The notes beneath the pieces are model-generated. The model did not search any database and was not told the origin of the DNA. It saw only the letters and a program-made list of their open reading frames with translations. Shown here one piece after another: positions 12,760 through 23,700 of a stretch of DNA of 64,000 bases (position 1 is the stretch's first letter; each line of letters opens with the position of its first letter). The position numbers and the translations under genes were made by a program. The DNA lies in NCBI GenBank assembly GCA_043228905.1, contig JBHGNT010000006.1, forward strand, positions 10,354,001 through 10,418,000. Reading direction: 5' to 3'. This stretch comes from Azolla caroliniana. Its lineage: Eukaryota > Plantae > Polypodiophyta.

Positions 12760-12898
12760 ATCTTATCTCAAGCTCTCTCTCTTTCAATCTATCTTAAATA
12801 CTTTCTCGCTTAAGATAGTGCAAACTTCAAGTCCTTCTGGTGTAGAACCCCGATGGTTCCGCCTCACGATCCGCGAGTAGTAACGGATCTTCACGACA

Positions 12899-13079
12899 CC
12901 ACTCCCCATGTATACACTGCTATAAGATATACTAGAGTTAATAATTTTATGATTTGTTTCCATATGTTTAGTAGTTCTCAACCTCCTCTTGTTCATATAC
13001 CATAGGTTTATCATGTACCACTGCCCATAATACCGCTCCCCATGTATACACTACTATAAGATATACTAGAGTTAATAAT
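12899..13079 (-). mobile_element. LINE ORF2 middle fragment containing a 134-bp tandem duplication
   Basis: Continues the 5866-5919 sequence and resumes at 37162. ctccccatgtatacac occurs at 12902 and 13036. Confidence 0.75.
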
Positions 13080-13532
13080 TGTTGAGAATCAAGCTCAACA
13101 TAGTGCAACGTGTAAACACACCTTTTGAGAATCTATGATTACTCAAAGATCAAGAGTCACGCCACTACTCTCTACACTTTAACTATGTGCCATAGAATCA
13201 TATTCTATGACACATAACTAATGAGTTACATATCCTCCATGACTATGAGTCTTCACATTCCCCAAGTGAGAGTGGTTGTGGTAGCTAGTTAATGAAGAGA
13301 GAGGGTGACTTATATAAAGCACCCTCCTCATACTTCATAAAAAGTCGGTTGTGACTCCTTGTAATGCTACATTTTTGTATTTTCTATTTTACTTGTGAAT
13401 ATACATCTTCTTCTTCTTGAGTATTTCCTTTCCCTAGCTTATCTATCTTGTGTTTCTCTTATCTTCTCTCTTTTCTCTCACACATAACACATATCTCTTC
13501 CGCTACACAAGAATCATATTCGATTCTTTACA
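13080..13532 (+). repeat. Copia A 5' LTR (453 bp)
   Basis: TGTTGAGAATC...TCTTTACA, matching the split 3' LTR. Confidence 0.95.
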
Positions 13533-15333
13533 TGGTATCAAAGCGGTTTGGTAGCTCGATCTAGCCCATTCGCGTGTGTTGTGTTCTACGCCGACGTTCG
13601 AGAAGAACCAGTCCATCACTATCGTAGTGCGACTACATAGATTGTATTCGAGAGAGAAGGAAAAGAAAAGAAGGAAGAAATCTTCATCGACAATGAATAC
13701 TCAAATGGGGAGCGCTCTCCTTAGCGAGAAGCTAGATCGAAACAACTTTGCATCTTGGGAGTACAAGATGCACCAATACCTTGTCGGCCAAGGCTATTAG
13801 GCTTACATCAAAGGAGCACAAGAAAACTGACCCGAGCTGAAAGACGCCGACTACGCAACATGGGAGCAAGCGGCAAGCCAAGTGATGTATTGCTTGGCGA
13901 CATGTGTTCACAACCACATGCTCAGTTACATTCGAAAAGTCGAGATGCCAAAGGAAGCGTGGGAGAATCTACGAAAGATTTTTGCCGCCAACACAACCAT
14001 GAGAAAGCTTCAACTCCACCAAGAACAACATCCAACAAAGGGATATGTCCATCACGAGCTACACCTTGAAGATCAAGGAGCGTTGCGACTCACTTGACTC
14101 GATAAGCGTCAATGTGGACGATGATGAGATGGTGCAAATATGCCTCGACAACCTTGCACCACGGTTCGGCGCGATGAGGACCATCGTATTAGCATGAGAG
14201 AATCCGTCCTCCATCTTCGATCTTCAATCCATGTTGTTGGTCGAAGAAAACCATGTTCGAACAAGGAGCAACGCCTCGGAAGGCCAAATGCTTTACTCAC
14301 ACTCGGACGGAGGAAGAGGACGCGACCATGCAAGAAGAGGCCGATTCGGCCAAGGACGAGGCGGAGGAGGCCTAACTTAAAAAAACAACTCGCAATTTCG
14401 GCATCAAGACGGAAAACATCGAGGAACCTTCGGAAAAAGGGGGAGCTTCCAGTTTGGTCAGAGCCGACAAAACTCAGTCGAATGCGGATATTGCAGAAAA
14501 ATCTGTCACCACGAAGAAGAAAGCCGTAAGAAGATGCACGAGTCGGCTTCCACAAGCCGACAACTCACCAATTATGCCACCAACTCCGACTATGAGGATC
14601 ATGGCTGAATGTTCATGATGAGACTTAGAGCAAATTCTATGTCGGTTTCTACTTCGAATAGTGCATCTAGTCTGGAAGGCGTTGTCGAGGTATTCCTCGC
14701 GGATGCGTGGAATGAGGCGGGACCTCGGGGGTCCTGTACTGAAGAGCAAGAGAGAAAGGAGAAGGGAAGGAACCCACGACGTGCGAGCGTAGATTCACAA
14801 GGACACGGCCCTTCGACACAAAGACGCGAGTGGGACAACGACACAGAGAGACACGAATGTATGTATGTATTAACAAAGACAACAACAAGAAGCACGAAGT
14901 CGGTTACAACTGAACATGCCGACGAACAGATGCCGATGCCTGTTCGTAAACGCACAGAAAGGAAAGAGTAGGATGGAGGTGCTGCCGGAAGCACTCGGGC
15001 ATTCCTCAGAGCAGCGCGAGCCTCCCGAAACCTTCGCCCACAAACCGACATCACTTCGTCCTCGGCTCTCTGCGATCCCTCTCCCCTCCTCGTCTCCCTC
15101 CTTTTATAGGCAAGGAAGGAGCCGTTTCCCACTAACTTCCTACCTACCAAATCTACCTACCTAGGATCTTCTATGTACAACATAAGGCGTACGTATATGA
15201 AGAGCCGGTTCCTATGCTCTGGTGCACCGATTCCGCTTGTGGACGGTTTTCTTCACGACATCCGCCCCCACCTAACAGCGCATCCACCGGCATGCGCCAA
15301 ATTGAGCTGGGACGGAGAAAACCGGTCCAATCG

Positions 15334-18300
15334 TCATTCCCCGCCCGTCGGTTCTTCCTCGGTTTCGGATCGTTCGTGGTCCAGGTTAACCGGATCCGGC
15401 TCGTCGTCGTGACGCTTCTTGAACGCTTTGATCCGCTTCCCAGCTACCGGTATCGCCATTCTCGTGCCGTTGAGTTCCGCCAGATGGTACGTCCCGTTGT
15501 CGTTGGCGTTTTGTACTACGTAAGGCCCGAACCACCTTCTTGGGAACTTCCGTGTTGCTCGGTGTTGGTTGTCGAGGCTGCTGTCGTAGACTAGCACCCA
15601 GTCGCCTTCCTCGATCTTCTTCGGTCAGAGCCGGTGCATTCGGTCAAACTGGGCTTTGTTCCTCGTCCTTGCCACCCGAAGCTTTTCCATAGCCTGCTCT
15701 ACGTCCTCCGGTCTTCGCTCGAGCTGCCGTATGCGCGCCGCCAACAGTTCCTCCCTGCTCATCTCGTCCCTCCAATCCACGGTGGCCCATGAGGAGATCG
15801 TACGTTCCATCGGCATGATCGGCTTCTGCCCAAACATGAGCTCTGCCGGCATGAATCCGGTTACCGAACTGTGCGTAGTTCGGTCCGCCCACAACGCGTA
15901 AGGCAATAGCCGCGGCCAGTTCCCGACTTGTCCTCCGCATGCCTGAACTAACGCCTTGATGATCGGTCCGTGTCCGCGCTCCACCTTCCCATTCGCCCCC
16001 GGATTGTACGCAGTAGTAAGCGAGAGCTTGATTCCTAGCCGGTCAAACAGCTCCTCGGCCTCTTCGGCATCCAACTCCCCGCGATCAGCCACGATCTTCC
16101 CGACGCATCCGTACCGGCATATCACGTCCTCGAGCAGGAACCGACATACGGCTGCAGTCGTTTTGTTCTGAAGGGCCCGGCCTTCCACCTGGTTCGTCAG
16201 ATCTTCCCGAGCCAGGACCAGATACCGCATCTGTCCTACTCCCATCGGCATCGTCACCAGGTCTACCATCCATTTGAAGTGGATGGTCGGAGGGTACGTA
16301 GGGTGAAGCCCGTCCCGATGTCGGACTATGGAGTGCATCTGACAGCTCTCGCAAGTTGTCACGAACCGACGCACGTCCCCGTACAGTCCCGGCCACCAAT
16401 ACTTCCCTTTTATCTTCTCGAACGTGGCCCACGTTCCACGGTGTCCAGCCCAAGGGCTGTCGTGGTAGGCCGTCAGCAGCTCCTCCTGTTCTTCCTTCAT
16501 CGCCACCACCCGGAGCGGGACGCCGTTCCTCTTCTTCGGGTGCTTCCATAAGTATCCGTCTCGGAGAAAGAATCGGTAAGCTTTCTTCCGGATCCGGTTG
16601 GCCTCGTCCTTCGTCCATGACGCATCCGGCGTCATTGTCCTCAAAAATCCACCGATCTGGAGCCACTCGCCATCGTACCTGCTCTCGTCGAAGTCGTTAA
16701 GTGCCGGAGTGCTCATCCCATCGGTCGTCACGTACGCCGCCTCGAAGAAGTCCACGCCGACTTCTTCGTCCTCCGAAACCATGCCGCCCTCGTCATCAAA
16801 CCTCGCCCTCGAAAGCATGTCGGCCATGGCGTTGTCCTTTCCGGAAATGTGCCGTATTTCCGGATCTAGGGACTTGATGTACGCTATCCACCGGAGCATC
16901 GCTAGGTCCGGTGTCGCGCATCCGGAAACCATGCCGAGAATCGGCAGGAAATCCGTCTCGATAATCACTTCTGTTCCGATCAAGTAGTCTTTGTCGGCCT
17001 TTACTGCCGAAACGATACCCCAGAGTTCGCGTTTAACCTGGGCGTACCCTCGCTGTCGCTCACTGAGGACCTTTGCGCCGAATCGGATCGGGAACCGAAT
17101 GCCGTCCTTGTCTTCTTGGTTGACGACCCATCCTATCCCGATCGGGCTCGTATCCACCGTTATGTGGTAGAACGCGCATGCCCCCAGGAACCTCCGAACT
17201 TCCGTAACCGAGCTACAGTCGGTCTTCATCGCGGAGATGGCTTCTACCTTTGCCGGAGACGGCTTCCGGCCATATGGTCCACATAGGTGTCCGACCACTA
17301 GGATTTCTGATTACCCGAAGGCCGATTTCTCCCCGGAGAAGGTGAGCCTCGCATCCTCTAGCCTTTGTAGCACCTTCTCGCAGTCGTCGATGTGTGTTGC
17401 CACGAATCGCCGGCATCCGTCCGGCCCGAATGTCTCATCCTTCTCTTCCACCGGGCACCCTTTGATAGGGATGTCGTCTAGAAACGGCATGGTGATGTCC
17501 GGGATGCAATCCCTCAGTACCTTGTTCATTGCATTCACCATGTGGGCCACCGAGTTGGTCCCTCCTTGCGACAGGGTACACATTCGCACTAGGCCGAGGG
17601 GAGTTCGCATCGTCGTAATGTCTCTGCTCTCCACGGCTAGCTGGAACGGGTCGTACCCCGAGTATAGATCACCGACCGAGTAAATCGACCTTCCGGCGAA
17701 GGCCTCCGCGAACTCGTCTATGGTCGGTCCGATTCCTGTGTTCCGAATGGTCACTCTGTTGACCGGCTGCAGGTCCTGAATGAAGCGCAATGTTCCGTTT
17801 TTCTTTGGTACGGTAAACCATCGGTTCGAGTATGGCGCGCTCGACGGTTCGAGAATACCCATATTGACTTTCTGCCTCAGTAGCTCCATCAACTCCGGGA
17901 TGTGAGCTCTTGGTACCGGAATCGGCTTGAAATTCCACGGCACATGCGGTACCGTGAATATCACCATCGGCTCCACGATTGTCGGGTCTACGCACCCGAT
18001 CTCTTCCGGCGAGAATGCAAAGGCTTTCCCGTGACTTCCGAGCATTCTCCGAAACCGGTCTTCCTCTGCCGGCAGTAGGAACCCGCCCCCACCGATCTTG
18101 AGCTCCCAGAGTGTCCCGTCGGTGAAGGTGTGTCCTATGCAGGCCGGATCTCGTAAACTGGGGTCCGACGCAACCCCTCTGATTCGGGACTTGCTGCCCT
18201 CCGGTAAGGGTGCCGCGACTGGCCTTACCTTCTGGTCCACAGTCTTGTACTTCGTGCTAACTCGGGCCGTCCGATCTGACCGGAGCCCCTGGTTGAAGTT

Positions 18301-18657
18301 CACGATGACTTCGTACATTTCTTCGGAACATACCGGTATCGTCCGATCTTCGTTAAGGTCTTCTCCGGCTACCTTCCTCAGCATCCCCAAGGTGTCGTCG
18401 AAGGAGACCGCCTCCACGGCCCCGTTGATTTCCTCATCTGGGCCGAGAACTCCGCACGCTCGAAGTCGCTCCTCCGCCCTTGCCCTTTCTCGGCCAACGA
18501 TGCCGACTATCATACACCCTCCGTTGTTGGAGAAGCAGAATTTTCTACCTATCGTACAAGGTTTCTTCGGTTCCGGTTCTATCGTACAGCTGTGGGGTCT
18601 TTCCCGAGTGTCCGGACTGTCTCGGCCCCACGCCTTGGCAGCCCTCTCTAAAAATCC
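15334..18657 (-). pseudogene. Gypsy B pol (RT-RH-INT), lightly disrupted
   Basis: RT FIQDLQPVN, DLYSGY, QGGTNS, PFLDDI. RH DTSPIGIG..RELWG, with the connection region apparently deleted. INT HDSPWAGH..CESC, MVDL, VADRGE, GKVERGH, then WFGPY. Premature TAA at 17311. No chromodomain seen. Confidence 0.9.
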
Positions 18658-20752
18658 TCTCGGTTCTCGCCACCGAGGGATTCACGGTTTCGCTCATGGT
18701 TCGGCCGCACCATCAGAAATTGGACCGAATGGCGCTCGTCCTGGCTCTTGACCCTCGTGTAGGCCGAACCGTTGTCCAGCACTTTGGTCTCCATTCGTGC
18801 TGCTGTGATGTATGGTTCCCCTAATATGACCGGATGCGAGGACGTCTCTTGCACGAAGAAGTGCTGGTCAATCTCGACGTCGCCAATCTTGACTCGCACG
18901 TTCGGGTAGGCCCCGTGCAGTTCCTCGGTGGCGCGCGTCGCCGCCCGTATCTTCCACCCGTGCTTGGTGTTGATCGGCCACTTTCCCTTTTTATAGAAGT
19001 CCATGGACATCAGGTTTATTTCCGAACCGTGGTCCACCAATGCCACCACCGGTTCCTGAATATCTCCGATCCTTACCGGGGTCTCCGTGGTCGCTCGGGC
19101 CCAGTGCGGCCTTGAATAGTGGCTCTCCGCCCACTCATCTTCCAGCGCCATGTCGTCGATGTGCGTCGTCCGCACCTCCACCGGTCTTTCCGGTTCCGTC
19201 TCCGTCGACAGCCTCTTCCGTTTCACCAGGTCCACAATGGAGTCGTGGAACTCCTTCTTGGCGATCCCTAGCACCTCTCGCAATGACAACTCCACTTTGC
19301 TGTCGAGGATCCGTTCTTCTAGGACCTTTCGTAGGTCCGTAGTCCTTTCTATTTCCATCTCCAGTCGGTATCCGCCTTTCCTGGGGTTATCTTGCGAGCT
19401 GGACCCACCGGCATCGTTCCGTCGTTGCCCGAATCGGGTCTCGTACCGTTGCGAGGGCCCGGCCGCTCCGGCTTTCCCCACTCGTTTGTCTTCTACCAGA
19501 GCCTCGTAGTTCCGGCAGGCGGCTTCTACAAAGCCCGTCTTCTCCTCGACCGGATCGCTCCACCCGGTTATTTCCCGGACCTGTCTCTCAGCGCGGTCCG
19601 TTTCATCTTTCCTTAGCCGTGCGCCGGCAAGACCTTCCAGCATTGCCGACCAGAATCCGTCTTTGCCCTCCTTTCGGGCCTCACTGCCCCCGACTCGAAT
19701 GCCGGCCGACGCCGAGTAGTGGATGGCCTCCACGTGTCGGGCCGCTGCCTCTTCCATCAGTCTCTTCATTCCTCCTCGCCCGTCGTTTCGGTTTAGGGCC
19801 CTTCTGGTGTCGCCGGCGTGCACCCGGCCTTCCCACAGGTACACCACCTGGTTCCTCAACGCTTCTGCGAAATCGCCGTAGTCCTTCCGGATGTGGCCGA
19901 CCTCGTCGCACCACATGCACCTGTTCCCTGCTATTGGCCGTCGGTCACGAGCCGGTTCGCTGCCTTCCCTTCGAGTCTGGGCAATCTGGAGATCCTTTAT
20001 CGCCCGCGTCAACTCCTCCAGCGCTACTCCTCCGGACGAGCCACTGACCATGCCGGTCGAAGCCGGACCGGTTTCGAGCCATTCCCGGGTTTCTTCCCTT
20101 CGCCCTTGCGGTGCCGGTTCAAGCCTCCTTGCTGTGACAGAGCCCGCACCAGTCGCCCCGTTGTCAGCCCATTCTCGCCGTTTGTCGAAACGGCCATAGA
20201 CTCTCTTAACCGCAGCCCAGTCGGTCATCAGCCTGTCTTTGGTTTCCAGCAAGGAGCCGACTTGATCCCGATCCCAGTAGGACTCGGCTCGTATCCAGAA
20301 CGGTTCGGTCAAGCGCCGAAAGGCGCGCAAAGCGTTCTTCGAACTCCTGGAGGAGTGCCGACGCGTTTCTTCCCTTGCCGGGGGACTCCACCCACTCCAT
20401 GAAGTTCCGTTTCGAAAGCCGGAGCGTGTCGTCCAGCCCGTATTTTTCTAGGAGTTGACCTTCGAACTCCTCCCAGGTACGGCTCTCCGCCCGCACCTCG
20501 AGCACCTCCGCATGGATGCTTGGCATCGCCACTCGAGGGAACCCGGCAAGACGCCTCTCTTCCAGAATGTCCCGCATCAGCATTTCTGCCCCGTAGGACG
20601 CCAAATACTTTGTGGCGTCCTTTCCGCTGAACCGGCCGATCGTACCGACGACCGCCTCAATGGCTCTATTGAGGGCGCCGGTGCCCTCGTGTGCGCTCAA
20701 TATCCGATCCACTGCCGAAGCCATGGCCTCCGCAAGATCCGACCCCTTCATC
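18648..20752 (-). pseudogene. Gypsy B gag-protease ORF
   Basis: gag GRFSGKDATKYL..WEEFE, knuckle CMWCDEVGHIRKDY (last Cys lost), protease ALVDHGSEINLM..VILGEP. One frameshifting deletion near 20275. Confidence 0.85.
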
Positions 20753-20773
20753 TTCTGCTCTTCTGCCGACTCC

Positions 20774-20791
20774 TTCACGTCGGGTTCACCA
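20774..20791 (-). promoter_or_regulatory. PBS complementary to tRNA-Trp (element B)
   Basis: TGGTGAACCCGACGTGAA is the complement of the plant cytosolic tRNA-Trp 3' end (...TTCACGTCGGGTTCACCA, recalled from knowledge). Confidence 0.85.
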
Positions 20792-23700
20792 AGATGTCGA
20801 GGTATTCCTCGCGGATGCGTGGAATGAGGCGGGACCTCGGGGGTCCTGTACCGAAGAGCAAGAGAGAAAGGAGAAGGGAAGGAACCCACGACGTGCGAGC
20901 GTAGATTCACAGGGACATGGCCCTTCGACACAATGACGCGAGTGGGACAGCGACACAGAGAGACACGAATGTATGTATGTATTAACAAAGACAACAACAA
21001 GAAGCACGAAGTCAGTTACAACCGAACAGGCCGACGAACAGATGCCGATGCCTGTTCGTAAACGCACAGAAAGGAAAGAGTAGGATGGAGGTGCTGCCGG
21101 AAGCACTCGGGCATTCCTCAGAGCAGCGCGAGCCTCCCGAAACCTTCGCCCACAAACCGACAGCACTTCGTCCTCGGCTCTCCGCGATCCTTCTCCCCTC
21201 CTCGTCTCCCTCCTTTTATAGGCAAGGAAGGAGCCGTTTCCCACTAACTTCCTACCTACCGAATCTACCTACCTAGGATCTTCTATGTACAACATAAGGC
21301 GTAGGTATATGAAGAGCCAGTTCCTATGCTCTGGTGCACCGATTCCGCTTGTGGACGGTTTTCTTCACGACAACGTATGGTTTGTCGACTTCGGTGCCTC
21401 GAACCATATGATGTCTCATAAACAATGGTTCCGAGAACTTCGAGAGTCGGACCGACCCAGCTATATCGAAACCGGAGACGACACTACGCATCCGATTCGA
21501 CACATCGGCAATGTCCCATTTGGCAAAGAAGGTAACCAATGTGTTGCATGTACCAACCATTACAAAGAATTTGGTCTCCATCGACCAAATTGTTGAGCAA
21601 GGGATGCAAGTTCGATTTAATCAAGGCAGTTGCTTCATCGAAAAAGAGGGCCGACTCATCGCTCACGGATGAAGAGAGGGCCGATTGTTCATTCTCAACT
21701 TGCACAAGATGAAATCGACCATATTCGCAAAGGGCACGAAAGCTTATTCTGACATAGAGTTATGGCACAAGCGGATTGGCCATATCAACCTCCAAAAGCT
21801 CAAGGCAATGCAATCGAAAGGAGTCGTTATCGGGCTCCCAACATTCAAGGAGAAAGAGATTGAAGGCGTGTGTGCCACTTGCCAATTCAGCAAGCAACAT
21901 CAGCACCCACTTCCGAATGAGCGGAACGTGAGCAAAGACGTACTTCCGAATGTATGGGGTCCGGCTGAGAGGGCTACACTCGGCGGATACCGATACTTCG
22001 TGGTCTTCATCGATGACTTCTCTTGGCACACATGTATCTACCTCATGCGGCAAAAGAGTGAAGTGTTTGGACACTTCCAAAGATTTAACAATGAAGTCGA
22101 GAAAGCCACGGGCCGACATGTATGATGTCTTTTGTTGGATGGAGGCAAGGAGTACTTCTCTGACGAATTTTCGGTTATTCTACGGAAAGTAGGAATTCGG
22201 CAAGAGTTTTCTTGTCGACATATGCCACAACAAAACGGAGTCGCCAAACGAAAGAATCGGCACATCCTCGTAGCAAGGGCCAAGATGAACGAAAAGCACT
22301 TGCCGAAGTAGTACTGGGCAAAAGCAGCTAACACGACCATATACCTCATGAATCAGTGTACGGCATCGGGTGTGCACGAACTTACTCCGCACGAGAAGTT
22401 TTTCAGAAAAAAGTCGGACCTATCACATGTTCGGATATTTGGCTCCATTGCGTACATCCACATCCTCGACGAGAAGCGACAAAAGCTCGACTTGAAGTCG
22501 GAGAAATGTATCCTCGAAGGATACTCACTGGAGCAAAAGGGGTACAATTTCTATAACCGCTCAACTCGAAAAGCTTGAGTAAGTTGAGATATCGTTTTTG
22601 ACGAGTCCGCATCCTGGTATGCACCAGAGGCAACTTTGACTTCGATTTCGCTTGACCTGGAATCCGCCGAAATAGAGATAGAAGCTGAAGATCGGCTCAC
22701 GTGCATGTTCGAAGAAAGCCCGATTACGACAAGGCTTAGTGGGCCACAAGAGCCTCCGAGCGATCAAAGAACATCTCGGCTGAGTCCAAAGCTGGACAAA
22801 GCACATCTCGGCCGAGTATGAAGACGATCAGTTCAACGACAACGAATCAACTCACTCCCTCGATAGTGAGTTCGAAGGCTTTGACATCCGGACAAATGGA
22901 TCGAAGAAAGCCTTAGTATCCGCAAACGAGAAGCTCCGCCGATCCATCCATGAAAAGAACCTTGGAAGCCGATTCGGCTACAATGATTACATGGTGTACC
23001 ATTACGACTATATGATGAAGGTGGTGACAGTACGGGAGCTGGAAACGTTTTCCGAAGTTGTGAAGGACCCTAGATGGATTGAAGCAATGAATGAGGAGAT
23101 GAAAACACTCTCCAAAAACAAGACATGGGATCTTGTCCCCCATTTACCGCACAAGAAGGCAATTGGATGTAGATGGATCTACAAGGTGAAGTATAATGCC
23201 GACGGCTCCGTAAACCGCTACAAAGCTCGACTCGTAGCAAAAGGATATACACAGACGCATGGAGTTGACTACGAAGAGACATTTTCCCCAAGTGGCAAAG
23301 ATGACGATTGTGCGGACCATGATCGTGCTCGCAACGACGAAAGGGTGGCACCTCCACCAAATGGATGTCAAGAACGCCTTTGTTCAAGGAGAATTAGAAG
23401 AGGAGGCGTACATGATACAACCACCCGGCTTCGAATCCAACATTCATCCGAAAGGCGTATGCCAACTCAAGAAGCTTCTCTACAGCCTCAAGCAAGCACC
23501 GCGTGCTTGGCATTCGAAGATTACACAAGATCTTCATCAAATCGGCTTTCGAATGTTGAAATCCGACAACTCCCTCTACGTACGAAACAACCCTAGAAGC
23601 TCAATTGCTATCATCCTATATGTGGATGATCTGGTCATTGGAGGAGAAAATTTAGTCGACATCAACAAGGTGAAATCCCTCCTCTCCAACAGATTCGAAA

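Larger units (their letters stand above)
5920..12898 (+). mobile_element. S1: Gypsy solo-type LTR (5920-6965 plus 12739-12898), interrupted by Copia E and internally deleted
   Basis: Termini TGTCGTGAAGAT...ATCTTCACGACA (12-bp inverted repeat). Flanks ccgt/ccac are decayed copies of TSD CCGC, the uninterrupted site being visible in the duplicated LINE copy (taccgctcccc, 13031-13041). The 3' end resembles the U5 of element B, and S1 is homologous to S2. Confidence 0.75.
14683..21372 (-). mobile_element. Gypsy B: non-chromoviral Ty3/Gypsy element, tRNA-Trp primed
   Basis: 578-bp LTRs at 14683-15260 and 20795-21372 (TGTCG...CGACA, about 14 differences by eye), PBS 20774-20791, PPT 15261-15270, 4-bp TSD gcgt/acgt, domain order gag-PR-RT-RH-INT. 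Confidence 0.95.

Noticed and set aside
14599-15164. Overlapping ORFs in both directions (also 20786-21276)
   Set aside because: They lie within the GC-rich B LTRs and resemble no domain; most likely chance ORFs.
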